NCBI GenBank assembly: GCA_030837195.1
Contig: JAUPKZ010000001.1
Span: forward strand, 5,104 to 69,103
Origin: Campylobacterota bacterium
GTDB lineage: Bacteria; Campylobacterota; Campylobacteria; Campylobacterales; Sulfurimonadaceae
Length of the DNA stretch: 64,000 nucleotides
Reading direction: 5' to 3'
The number at the start of each line of letters is the position of its first letter. Within the stretch, counting starts at the first letter, position 1. The position numbers and the translations under genes were made by a program. The notes below the pieces were generated by a model. The model did no database searches, was not told the origin of the DNA, and saw only the letters and a list, made by a program, of their open reading frames with translations. Of this stretch, positions 9,727-19,283 are shown in pieces.

Positions 9727-10764
9727 GTGTTTTATAAATATACTCTTTATATTTTAGTAACATCTCTACTATTTTCAGGCTGTACACCATCTGCAAACAA
9801 TAGCATCACACCTACGAAAAACATCGAAAAAAGCACATACAAAAGCAAAAGCGGCTACTACTTTGTTCTCATAGAAAAAGAGAATAAAAAATGGAAAATA
9901 GTAACAATTCAAGAAGAACCGATTGAAAAAATAAAAAATTCTAAGCAAGAGATATTAAGAGTAAGTCAAGACTACAAAGATATTCAACCATATTTCATAA
10001 ACGCTATGCCAAAAAGCCCTATCAACAGATATGACTGTACAAAATCTATAAATCTAAACCAATATAACCAATGCACAAGCGACCTTACAAGTCCATATGT
10101 CGGTGCAACCGTTGCAAAAAATATAGTAAGTGCCATAACGCTTAGCTCAACCTCAGGATCTCACAGATACATAGATCAAACGCTAATCAATGAAGCAATA
10201 GAGCAAACAAAGCTTTTTGATGCCATTGAAGAAAAAAAGAGTGCCCTGCAAAAAGAACAAGAGTATAAAAACTCATTTAATGAAGCAAAAACACTTGATG
10301 AGTATAACGCTTTTATAGAAAAATACTCCTCTTATGTACATAAAGAGAATTTAGTTGCTTTGGCTATAGAAAAAAGGGATTCTCTTTTGGCTAAGCAAAA
10401 AGCAGATGAAGAACTGCAAAAACAAAAAGAGTTAGAACTTCTGGCTGAGGAAGAGGCAAAAGAGAAAAAGTTTTACGAACATCGTAAAAGCATGGAAAAA
10501 GGGGTTATATCTATGGCAAAATCAGAACAAAATGCCATAGACAACCATAAAAATATGATAGCTACATTTAGAAAAAATCTCAGAGTAGGTACAGAAACAA
10601 ATTGTGGATCTATTGCAGAGATAAAAGAGCTATCGGCAAAAATAAATATATCCATAAAAGAGTCAAGCAAAAAAGAGGAGTGGATAAGCATAAACAAACT
10701 CTTTCCTAAAGAGTACGGCTGCCGTTTTGTAAAAGGAAACTACATAGCTCCTCCTACATTCTAA
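9727..10764 (+). CDS. Lipoprotein of unknown function with K/E-rich coiled-coil segment
   Basis: GTG start 7 nt after AAGGA. Lipobox LLFSGC. 345 aa with no recognisable catalytic motif. Confidence 0.55.
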   Translation: MFYKYTLYILVTSLLFSGCTPSANNSITPTKNIEKSTYKSKSGYYFVLIEKENKKWKIVTIQEEPIEKIKNSKQEILRVSQDYKDIQPYFINAMPKSPINRYDCTKSINLNQYNQCTSDLTSPYVGATVAKNIVSAITLSSTSGSHRYIDQTLINEAIEQTKLFDAIEEKKSALQKEQEYKNSFNEAKTLDEYNAFIEKYSSYVHKENLVALAIEKRDSLLAKQKADEELQKQKELELLAEEEAKEKKFYEHRKSMEKGVISMAKSEQNAIDNHKNMIATFRKNLRVGTETNCGSIAEIKELSAKINISIKESSKKEEWISINKLFPKEYGCRFVKGNYIAPPTF

Positions 10765-10770
10765 AACTGC

Positions 10771-12096
10771 TCAAGCTTTAAAAAAGACTGCATCTCTTCC
10801 TGAGTTTTTGGCTTCATACAGAGCACTGTCGGCTCTTGCTATAACGCTTTTTAAATCATCCTGCTCTTTAATTTCGGTAACACCAAAACTTGCAGTGACT
10901 TTAAAATGCTTTACTTGCTGCTCTTTTATAAGCCCTCTTATCTTATGTGCTATACTTAGAGCATTTTCAATATTTACAGACGGAAGAAGCATAACAAACT
11001 CCTCTCCGCCCCATCTGCATACTATATCCGTATCTCTTAATGCATTTAGAATAATGTTTGAAATATAAATAAGCACTTCATCCCCGACATTATGTCCGTA
11101 AGTATCGTTTATGCGTTTAAAATAGTCAATATCCATAATAACAAGCGACAAGGCATTTTCTCTCTCTAGCATCATTTTATAAGATGAAACAAAAAGCTTT
11201 GAAAACTTGTAACGATTATATAAATTTGTCAAAGGGTCTCTAGATGCAATTTGTTCAATCTGTTTGTTTTTATTTAGCAGAGTTGCATTGATTTGGTGTA
11301 GCTCTTCTTGATGCTCTTTCATCAAAATCGCCCACTTAGAGTAAGCCAAAGAGATAAGCTCTTTTTGCGTTATCATTCCCGACATATTTCCCATCTCATC
11401 TACGACAACAACTCTCTTATAATGCTTTTTATTTAAAAAGTCGAGCGCTTGTTTGACCGAACTCTGTTTTGCTATGGTTTCCACGGGCGTTGACATATAG
11501 TTACTTATGGGCTTTTCTAGGTCAAAGTTTTTTCTAATAACTCTTATAACATCTTTTGTGGTAAAAATACCTATCGGTTTTTTGTCTTCAACTATCATAA
11601 CGCTATCTGAAGAGTTTTTAAGCATATCATCAAGAACAACCGAAGTTGATAAATCTTTATTTATCCATCTAACTCTTTTGCCGAGTCTTAAAAAATCATT
11701 TAGGCAAAAATTATTCATAAGCGATTCGGGATCTATGCTGCTTGTAATATCAGTATGCGTAACAAGACCATAAAGTGAACCATCATCATTCGTAGCACAA
11801 ATATGCTCTATATCGCAGCTAAGATACTCCATCGTATTTAGTATATTTTCATCTTTATGCATTGTGGGTATTTTTGAGAGTTCTAACTCTTTTAGTAAAA
11901 GATCAAAATTTGCATTCCTCATCTTTATGCTAAGCAAATCACTAACACCAAGAAGATAAAACTCATCTTCATCTATAACCACTATATTTCTATGCCCGTT
12001 ATCACACATCACATCAATCGCTTCAGATATAGTATATCCTCTGTTTACCGCAACTACGGAAGTTGTAGCTATCTCACCTATTGTTGGAAATCTCAT
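10771..12096 (-). CDS. CBS-domain diguanylate cyclase (2 CBS pairs + GGDEF)
   Basis: 441 aa. Repeated CBS-like modules in the N-terminal 250 aa. I-site RDTD lies 5 residues before GGEEF. No EAL domain. Confidence 0.85.
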   Translation of the reverse strand: MRFPTIGEIATTSVVAVNRGYTISEAIDVMCDNGHRNIVVIDEDEFYLLGVSDLLSIKMRNANFDLLLKELELSKIPTMHKDENILNTMEYLSCDIEHICATNDDGSLYGLVTHTDITSSIDPESLMNNFCLNDFLRLGKRVRWINKDLSTSVVLDDMLKNSSDSVMIVEDKKPIGIFTTKDVIRVIRKNFDLEKPISNYMSTPVETIAKQSSVKQALDFLNKKHYKRVVVVDEMGNMSGMITQKELISLAYSKWAILMKEHQEELHQINATLLNKNKQIEQIASRDPLTNLYNRYKFSKLFVSSYKMMLERENALSLVIMDIDYFKRINDTYGHNVGDEVLIYISNIILNALRDTDIVCRWGGEEFVMLLPSVNIENALSIAHKIRGLIKEQQVKHFKVTASFGVTEIKEQDDLKSVIARADSALYEAKNSGRDAVFFKA

Positions 12097-12132
12097 AGTA
12101 TCACCTGTTATTATAAAAACAATATATTCAAA

Positions 12133-13275
12133 TTATATATCATTTAATGCTTTTAAAACTCTTAAAGCCTGAATATGTTCAGCCACATCATGCACTCTGA
12201 TGATGGAAGCTCCGTTTTTAATAGCTTCCATATGAAGAGTCAGCGTTCCGCTTAATCTATCTTGAGGCGATGACGCAGAGATCTTATCTATCATCGATTT
12301 TCTTGAAGCACCGATAAGCAAAGGTTTGTGAAGAGTCAAAAAATGCTCTTGATGTTTTATGAGCATCAAATTGTGCTCCAAAGTTTTGCCAAACCCTATG
12401 CCTACATCCAAAACAATATCTTTAACCCCAAAAGATTCTGCAACCTTGATTCTTTGTTCAAAAAAAGTATATATATCACTCAATATATGTTCATACCGAG
12501 GATTCTCCTGCATAGTTTGCGGCTCTTTTTGCATATGCATAATGACAGCCGTTGCACCATAAGATGCACAAAGCTTGCAGATATCGACATTTGACAATCC
12601 CGTAATATCATTTACTATTTTAAAACCTCTCTCAAGCGCATATGAGACAACCGTCGGTTCAAAACTATCTATGCTAAATTTTACCCTATCGTACAACTTT
12701 TCATCTTGTATCACATCAAGTATCGGCTTGACTCTTTCTAACTCTTCTTGAGCTCCTACATATATACTCTTTGGCGCAGAAGAAACACCGCCGATATCTA
12801 TGATATGTGCACCATCTTCTATCATCCTCTCTATGGCTTGTATGGCTTCTTTACCGCTAAATCTTGAATCTTTAAAAAAGCTGTCACTATTTGCGTTGAT
12901 GACGCCCATTACCTCAACTTCAGAGGGCTTTTGCACACTCAGAATCTCTTGAAGTTTTTTTGCAACCTCTTTTAGTCCAAAAGGTTGAATCGACTCCTTT
13001 TTAGAGAGAAGCTTAAGATGTTTTGTAGTTGCAATAAGGATACAATCTACAAACGGCTTTTTTGCGACAACGGTTCCGCGAGGCACTGCCAAATCAGCTC
13101 CTACGCTTAGAGCATCTTGTTTTAGTATATTTGCAGCACCCACATGCAAATCTCTTATATAGAGTATATGATGTGCTGCTTTAGATGCAAGAATAGCTAT
13201 ACCGCCGCTATCTACATCTATGTTTTTGAGGTATTTTTTTATATCTATGTCATTGGAAAGAAGTTCAACTTGCAT
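12133..13275 (-). CDS. folP: Dihydropteroate synthase (long epsilonproteobacterial form)
   Basis: 380 aa. Pterin-binding core GVINANSDSFF...IIDIGGVSSAP...DVGIGFGK...SRKS. Synteny holB-folP as in Helicobacter. Confidence 0.9.
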   Translation of the reverse strand: MQVELLSNDIDIKKYLKNIDVDSGGIAILASKAAHHILYIRDLHVGAANILKQDALSVGADLAVPRGTVVAKKPFVDCILIATTKHLKLLSKKESIQPFGLKEVAKKLQEILSVQKPSEVEVMGVINANSDSFFKDSRFSGKEAIQAIERMIEDGAHIIDIGGVSSAPKSIYVGAQEELERVKPILDVIQDEKLYDRVKFSIDSFEPTVVSYALERGFKIVNDITGLSNVDICKLCASYGATAVIMHMQKEPQTMQENPRYEHILSDIYTFFEQRIKVAESFGVKDIVLDVGIGFGKTLEHNLMLIKHQEHFLTLHKPLLIGASRKSMIDKISASSPQDRLSGTLTLHMEAIKNGASIIRVHDVAEHIQALRVLKALNDI

Positions 13276-13891
13276 TTTTTTCTCCTACAAAACTCATAAT
13301 GAGCATCGCAAGTACGCTTTGTGCTTTAGCATTTAACTCCAAGAGCCTATACGCCATATCAAAGTTATTAAGCACTCTTTGGCTAAGCACCAAACCTTCT
13401 GTAACTACTGCTCTGTGGTAAAGCGCTTCTACAACTTTTTTTGCTTCCGTCTTTTTTAGCTTTTGACTCTCTTTTAAAAATGAAAAAACTTGTGCATAGT
13501 CTATCTTTGATAAATTTAAATCAACGGTGTCTATCTTATGAGCTGTTTTTTCATTTATCAAAGGCATTCTTGAACGAATAGTAGGAAGCAAATTTGATTT
13601 TGAAGGCGAGATAATGATAAATTCTATATTTTTTGGAGGCTCTTCTAGTAGTTTTAAAAGAGAATTTTGAGATATGATATTAAAATTTTGAGATGCCAAA
13701 ATAATGTACTTTGTTTCTGCTTCACTAACATAGGCTTCTGCAACTACTGCCTTTGCATGCTCTAGTTTAAATTCATCTTCTACAAAACCTACTACCCTAT
13801 GCGTCTCTTTTAGCTTAGATGCAAGTTCTTCATACTTTAAACCTATATCCTTCGTTATGACGATATGGCTTCTTTTATAATCATAGAACAA
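13265..13891 (-). CDS. holB: DNA polymerase III delta-prime subunit
   Basis: 208 aa. LLKLLEEPP box and SRM(P) motif (TIRSRMP). Overlaps folP by 11 nt. Confidence 0.7.
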   Translation of the reverse strand: MFYDYKRSHIVITKDIGLKYEELASKLKETHRVVGFVEDEFKLEHAKAVVAEAYVSEAETKYIILASQNFNIISQNSLLKLLEEPPKNIEFIIISPSKSNLLPTIRSRMPLINEKTAHKIDTVDLNLSKIDYAQVFSFLKESQKLKKTEAKKVVEALYHRAVVTEGLVLSQRVLNNFDMAYRLLELNAKAQSVLAMLIMSFVGEKNAS

Positions 13892-14429
13892 CTTCTACCT
13901 CGCCAAACATCGCTGCATTTAGTGATGCATTAAAGAGTTTATAGAGTTGGATAAGTTTTACATCTAGCAGTTTATCGTATGATTTTAGATGAAAGGCATT
14001 AAGATACTCTTCATCAAGTATCCAAAAATAACTTGTATCTTTTCTCTTCGCAAGGTCGGCTCTTTTGTCTTCACCTTTTCCTATATACCAAAAGAAGTAA
14101 TCCTCTTTATGAGCTAAAGATATCATATCCTCAACCATATCCATCATCTCTGCACCGCTTACGCTGTTATAATACTGATAAAGGGAATCTATACTTACAA
14201 TCGGCAGAAGCGGTCGTTCTAACTGAGCGCTGTTTATGTTAAGAAGTATGTAGTTTTCAAACCATTTTCTCTTCTCATCGGTAATTAGAACAATAGTTTT
14301 TGCACTAAGGATTTGCTCTAAAGCTTGGAGTGTCGTCGTAGCCCAGTCAAATCTTTGCTCTTCAAGCCAGCTAAAACAACCGCCCTCTTCTCTGATGGCA
14401 TCCAAGCTCCATTGAGCGAAATCCTGCAT
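13881..14429 (-). CDS. HobA-like DnaA-binding replication initiation factor
   Basis: 182-aa ORF lying between lysC and holB, exactly where hobA lies in Helicobacter pylori, and of similar size. The assignment is mainly positional. Confidence 0.5.
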   Translation of the reverse strand: MQDFAQWSLDAIREEGGCFSWLEEQRFDWATTTLQALEQILSAKTIVLITDEKRKWFENYILLNINSAQLERPLLPIVSIDSLYQYYNSVSGAEMMDMVEDMISLAHKEDYFFWYIGKGEDKRADLAKRKDTSYFWILDEEYLNAFHLKSYDKLLDVKLIQLYKLFNASLNAAMFGEVEVVL

Positions 14430-14431
14430 TG

Positions 14432-15643
14432 CTACTTATCTAATTCATAGGCATTATGAAGAGATCTAACTGCCAATTCTGCATATTTTTCTGCAATTAC
14501 CATAGAAATTTTTATCTCTGATGTCGATATCATATTTATATTTATATTTTCACTTGCCATAGTCGAGAATGCTTTTGCAGCAACACCCGAGTGAGACTTC
14601 ATCCCGACACCTACGATAGAAACCTTACAAATATTTTCATCATAAGTTACCTCATCTACCTCAGACTCTTTTACAAATTTTTCCATTACGGCTTTAGCAT
14701 CATTCAAATCGCCAACAGGAACCGTAAAGTCTATGTTTGCTTTACCGTCATGCCCTACATTTTGGATAATCATATCAATATTTACATTGTTATTTGCCAG
14801 CTTTGTAAAGATATCTGAAGCGATTCCCGGTCTGTCTTTTACTCCGATTAACGATACGCGAGCCTGATTTTTATCCAACGCAATTCCACTTACTAACGGT
14901 TTTTCCATAATGTTCTCTTCCTTTGTAATTAATGTTCCCTCTTCATCTGAGAAACTTGTTCTTGTTACTAAATTTACATTCAATTTTTTTGCCAGTTCCA
15001 CTGAGCGGTTTTGAAGAACTTTCGCACCTAAAGAAGCCAATTCCAACATCTCGTCATAAGATATTTTATCTAGCTTTTTTGCCTTTGGCTCAATGCGTGG
15101 ATCTGTAGTAAAGATGCCGCTGACATCGGTATATATCTCACATAAATCGGCATTTAAAGCACCTGCAATAGCCACTGCAGAGAGGTCGCTTCCTCCGCGT
15201 CCTAAAGTCGTTACCGCGCCATCTTCGGTTACGCCTTGAAAACCTGCTACTACTACAATTTTTCCCTCTCTAAGCGCATCATTCATTGCTTGAGGGTCTA
15301 TGTTTTGAATACGCGCTTTTGTATGATGCATATCCGTTACGATTCCGGCTTTTCGCCCGCTCATTGCAATTGCACCGTGTCCCATCTCGTTTAGTGCTAT
15401 AGAAAGAAGAGATGCGGTAACTCTCTCTCCGGAGCTAAGAAGCATATCCATATCTGCCCTTGAAGCATTTTGAGAAAAATGCTCGGCATAAGCAATAAGT
15501 TTATTTGTCTCTCCGCTCATTGCAGAAACGACAACTACGACATCATGCCCCTCTTTTTTTGTTTTACTTACGCGATTTGCAACATTTTGGATACGATCCA
15601 AATCACCGACACTCGTTCCGCCAAATTTTTGAACTATTAACAT
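14432..15643 (-). CDS. lysC: Aspartate kinase
   Basis: 403 aa. Starts MLIVQKFGGTSVG, kinase core, two C-terminal ACT-like repeats. Confidence 0.95.
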   Translation of the reverse strand: MLIVQKFGGTSVGDLDRIQNVANRVSKTKKEGHDVVVVVSAMSGETNKLIAYAEHFSQNASRADMDMLLSSGERVTASLLSIALNEMGHGAIAMSGRKAGIVTDMHHTKARIQNIDPQAMNDALREGKIVVVAGFQGVTEDGAVTTLGRGGSDLSAVAIAGALNADLCEIYTDVSGIFTTDPRIEPKAKKLDKISYDEMLELASLGAKVLQNRSVELAKKLNVNLVTRTSFSDEEGTLITKEENIMEKPLVSGIALDKNQARVSLIGVKDRPGIASDIFTKLANNNVNIDMIIQNVGHDGKANIDFTVPVGDLNDAKAVMEKFVKESEVDEVTYDENICKVSIVGVGMKSHSGVAAKAFSTMASENININMISTSEIKISMVIAEKYAELAVRSLHNAYELDK

Positions 15644-16114
15644 TTATAACAAACCCTCATTTTTGAAATAATTTATCACACACTCATAAACATCTTTTTT
15701 AAAACTTGCACTTAGCTTTAAGATCTCATCCGTCGCTACAAATTTATAATCCCTAAACTCAGGATGTGCCGTTTGTATATTTATCTCTGCATTATCTTGC
15801 AATTTTACCAAAAAATACCTTTGTCTTTGACCTACAAAAGGCTTCATTGTCTCAGCAATTTTCGGAGGAAAATCATAAGAGAGCCACTCGGGAAACTCGG
15901 CTATAATCTCTACACTATTTGTGCCTATCTCCTCTTCAAGCTCCCTAAAAAGAGCCTCTAATACCTCTTCTCCCTCATCAATGCCGCCTTGAGGAAACTG
16001 CCACACATCCATCAAATCGTTTCTCTGCGCCAAAAAAATCTCTTTTTTATGCGGATACTCTTTGGAGAGAACCACAACTGCTACATTTGGACGATACAAA
16101 TCTATTTTGCTCAT
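15644..16114 (-). CDS. rppH: RNA pyrophosphohydrolase (Nudix)
   Basis: 156 aa. Nudix box GGIDEGEEVLEALFRELEEEIG. Adjacent to lysC as in Helicobacter and Campylobacter. Confidence 0.85.
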   Translation of the reverse strand: MSKIDLYRPNVAVVVLSKEYPHKKEIFLAQRNDLMDVWQFPQGGIDEGEEVLEALFRELEEEIGTNSVEIIAEFPEWLSYDFPPKIAETMKPFVGQRQRYFLVKLQDNAEINIQTAHPEFRDYKFVATDEILKLSASFKKDVYECVINYFKNEGLL

Positions 16115-16291
16115 ACTCTCACTTTAGGCAATTTTTCAAAATTATACAAAATTAGCAATTAATTTTAACTAAGTAATCCGTCCCTAATAATAAAAAATTG
16201 TTTAAAAAAAATTTTTATTTTTTTTTGTATTTATGAAACCTTATGTTTTATGATAAACTTCCGCAATACCAACAAAGACAAAGAGATAAAA

Positions 16292-16675
16292 ATGAAAGAG
16301 TATGTTTTAAAAAGCAATGATTTTTTAGTATCACAAACCGACTCAAAAGGCATAATTTTATTTGCCAACGATGACTTTTGCAAAGTTGCAGGCTACACAC
16401 TAGAGGAGCTAGTGGGCAAGCCTCACAATGTAGTGCGACATCCGGATATGCCAAAAGCGGCATTTAAAGATTTATGGGCAACCATAAAGAGCGATAAAGT
16501 TTGGACGGGGTATGTTAAGAACCGCTCTAAAGACGGTGGATTTTACTGGGTGTATGCAACCATATTCCCTATGTATGATGAAGTAAGAAGAGAAAAGGTT
16601 TATCTCTCTTGCAGAAGAAAACCATCTGCTAAAGAGATAGAAACGGCTCAAGAGCTATATAAAACATTAAGATAG
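16292..16675 (+). CDS. Stand-alone PAS-domain protein (Aer/CetB-like energy-taxis sensor)
   Basis: Internal ATG of the 16250 ORF chosen. Aer-type PAS motifs [22 protein letters not shown]...[19 protein letters not shown]...[10 protein letters not shown]. Immediately upstream of an MCP lacking a ligand domain. Confidence 0.75.
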   Translation: MKEYVLKSNDFLVSQTDSKGIILFANDDFCKVAGYTLEELVGKPHNVVRHPDMPKAAFKDLWATIKSDKVWTGYVKNRSKDGGFYWVYATIFPMYDEVRREKVYLSCRRKPSAKEIETAQELYKTLR

Positions 16676-16685
16676 GAAAACAGGT

Positions 16686-17798
16686 ATGAACAATATACAA
16701 AAAAATATAATTTTAAGCATTGCTTTTGCGGCTCTTGTATCTTCACTTTTTTTAGTTGAGTCAGCTATTATTCAAGCAGTTTTGGCATTTGTGCTCTTTG
16801 TAGCGGCAATCGGTTTAAATATGATTAAGACCTCTTCAAATGCTATTTTAAATCAAAAAAGATTAGACCTCATAGAGGTGATGGAGTTTGAGAGAAATAA
16901 AATCGAAATAGACGAAAACACAACCGATGAAGCCGAAAAAAACTTCAACAAAATCGTAGCAAGTTACCAAAACTCCGTTTTAGAAGACACAAGAGTTGCG
17001 GGAGAGATGGTTTTGCTTGCCGATAAAGTTTCAAAAGGTCACTACTCATGCAGAATAACATCAGACTCCAAAACGCCTTATGTACATGTTCTAAAAAATA
17101 GCCTTAACAATATGCTTGACAATGCAGAAAAAAATATAGACAATGCCATTACAACGCTGCAAAAATTCTCTCAAGGAAATTTTGAAACAAGAAGCGAAAT
17201 AGCGGTAGAAGCCAAAATGGCAGATTTGCTTATAAACATCAACCATCTCGGGCAAGCTCTGCAAAATATGGAAAAAGAGAATCTAAAAAGCAAAAATGAG
17301 ATTATCGAATCATCCAACAAGCTTAACGAAACGGTAGAAGAGATTACAAACAGCACAATCCGTGAGCTAAAAGATATGATAAACAAAGCCGTATCAAGAA
17401 TCCACCATGTATCTAGCAAAGAGAATGAGATGGTTGATAATCTTCAAACCCTTGTAAACAATGCCAATGAGACAAAAACCATCTTAGCTACAATCGGCGA
17501 TATAGCAGAGCAGACAAACCTCTTAGCACTCAATGCTGCCATCGAAGCTGCAAGGGCGGGCGAACACGGAAGAGGCTTTGCCGTTGTTGCCGATGAAGTG
17601 CGAAAACTGGCTGAGAGAACGCAAAAAAGTCTTGCCGAGACTTCGGCTACGACAAATGTGCTCATTCAGTCTATCTCTGAGAGCTCTGATGCGCTAAACA
17701 AAAACGCAGATGAAGTAAACGACATATCCGAAGAAGTTAGCCAAATTAGCAACAAGATGGATGAGATCATCTCCACGCTTAATGGTCTATCCAAATAA
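16686..17798 (+). CDS. Methyl-accepting chemotaxis signalling protein (CetA-like, TM hairpin + HAMP + MA domain)
   Basis: 370 aa. Two N-terminal TM segments without a periplasmic domain. Highly conserved MCP tip [38 protein letters not shown]. Confidence 0.85.
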   Translation: MNNIQKNIILSIAFAALVSSLFLVESAIIQAVLAFVLFVAAIGLNMIKTSSNAILNQKRLDLIEVMEFERNKIEIDENTTDEAEKNFNKIVASYQNSVLEDTRVAGEMVLLADKVSKGHYSCRITSDSKTPYVHVLKNSLNNMLDNAEKNIDNAITTLQKFSQGNFETRSEIAVEAKMADLLININHLGQALQNMEKENLKSKNEIIESSNKLNETVEEITNSTIRELKDMINKAVSRIHHVSSKENEMVDNLQTLVNNANETKTILATIGDIAEQTNLLALNAAIEAARAGEHGRGFAVVADEVRKLAERTQKSLAETSATTNVLIQSISESSDALNKNADEVNDISEEVSQISNKMDEIISTLNGLSK

Positions 17799-17804
17799 TG
17801 GCAT

Positions 17805-17834
17805 TTTAGAGTAAAAAGACCTTTTTACTCTAAA
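17805..17834. terminator. Bidirectional hairpin between convergent MCP and EAL genes
   Basis: 13-bp perfect stem TTTAGAGTAAAAA / TTTTTACTCTAAA with loop GACC. It overlaps the last codons of the minus-strand EAL gene. Confidence 0.6.
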
Positions 17835-19180
17835 GCATACTCTTTTGGGCTTTTTGGCATACCAAGATAGTACCCTTGAACAAAATCAACACCTAGCTCT
17901 TTCATACAATCAAATAGCTCTTTTGAGCTTACAAACTCGGCTATTGTTTTTATATTTATGTTTTTTGCAAACTGTATAAGCCCTTGAACCATTATTTTTG
18001 CTTTTTTATCACTTAAAAGCTTTGTCGTAATAGAACCGTCTATTTTTATGAAGTCAATATTTAACTTGATTAAATTTGTAAAATTTGAGTAACCGCTTCC
18101 AAAATCATCTATAGATATCTTGCAGCCATACTCTTTAACCATTAAGATAAAATTTTCTACTACTTTGTAGTCATGTATCTCCTCTGTTTCTACTATTTCA
18201 AAAGTGATTCTCTCTCCACCGTACTTTTGAAGCCTGTTTTTTATATATTCAAGCATACTGTGCGACCTAATATTGTCATAAGTTAGATTCATAGAAATTT
18301 CACAACTATTGTTTGCATAGATGTTAAATACTTTTTGCATCATCTGTTTTGTGAAAAACTCAAAAGTTTTATCTTCTATCGCGGTATTTAAAAAATCATT
18401 GGGAGATACCACCGTACCGTCGCTAAGCACTATCCTCGCAAGAGCCTCGTACTTAATGATTTTTTCTGTTTGTGATGAAAATATAGGCTGAAAATATGGG
18501 ACGATATTGCCATCATGCAGCGCTGTTTTATAAATTTTATATTTATCAAGAGACCTCTTTTTTAACTCCATATGCTTTGGGTCGTCACTATATATTTTAT
18601 AATTTGTTTTTGAGATAATTGCCTCTTGCAGAGCAACATTTGCAGTGTGATGAAGATGCTCAGTGCCGTAAGATATGCCTGCGCAAAAATCGGATAAAAT
18701 TTTATCATTTTCATCTGTATGATATGTATAGTTGTCCAAATTATTGAAAATTTGATACTTTAAGATAGAAAAATATTTATTGAAATACCTCTCATCCTGT
18801 ACCAAAATAGCAAATTTTTCAAAGTTAATGCTATAAAGAGAGGCTTCTTCTTCTTTTAAAATTTCTTGTAGCTTCTGTGCCTTATCCGTTATGACTTTTT
18901 TTACTATATCAAAACCGTAAAGCTGCTTTATGGCGTCTATTTGATTTATATGCAAGATAATAAGCATTGCTCTATTTTTAAGAGATAGTATATCTTTCAT
19001 CAAAACATCTCTGCTTGGCAGATTTGTTATATTGTCTATTTTTTTGATGTAAAAAACTATATCTTCAATATCTTTACACTCAAAAATATTATCAAGTATG
19101 TAAAGTATGGAGTCTCGTTGTTCTTGGCTGCAAGTTATGTATTTTTGCTCTAATTTTTTAAAATATTCCCCTAAAACCAA
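17825..19180 (-). CDS. EAL phosphodiesterase with degenerate GGDEF-like N-terminal domain
   Basis: 451 aa, TTG start. EAL motifs YEALARI, EIVE, DDFGSGYSNF, QGYY. The upstream domain has NFEKF where GGDEF would be and no RxxD site. Confidence 0.85.
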   Translation of the reverse strand: MVLGEYFKKLEQKYITCSQEQRDSILYILDNIFECKDIEDIVFYIKKIDNITNLPSRDVLMKDILSLKNRAMLIILHINQIDAIKQLYGFDIVKKVITDKAQKLQEILKEEEASLYSINFEKFAILVQDERYFNKYFSILKYQIFNNLDNYTYHTDENDKILSDFCAGISYGTEHLHHTANVALQEAIISKTNYKIYSDDPKHMELKKRSLDKYKIYKTALHDGNIVPYFQPIFSSQTEKIIKYEALARIVLSDGTVVSPNDFLNTAIEDKTFEFFTKQMMQKVFNIYANNSCEISMNLTYDNIRSHSMLEYIKNRLQKYGGERITFEIVETEEIHDYKVVENFILMVKEYGCKISIDDFGSGYSNFTNLIKLNIDFIKIDGSITTKLLSDKKAKIMVQGLIQFAKNINIKTIAEFVSSKELFDCMKELGVDFVQGYYLGMPKSPKEYALE

Positions 19181-19283
19181 GCGCCTACCCTACTCTCTAA
19201 ATAAACAATTTTGGTATAACTTTACCCAATCTTGCTTTAATGGATATTAAGATAAAATTTTACATATTATCAGAGGTGGAGAG

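Noticed and set aside
17523-17531. TTAGCACTC, identical to the left arm of the CIRCE heat-shock operator
   Set aside because: It lies inside the MCP coding region, where it encodes the universally conserved LLALNAA tip. No GAGTGCTAA arm follows 9 nt downstream. It is a coincidence of codon choice.
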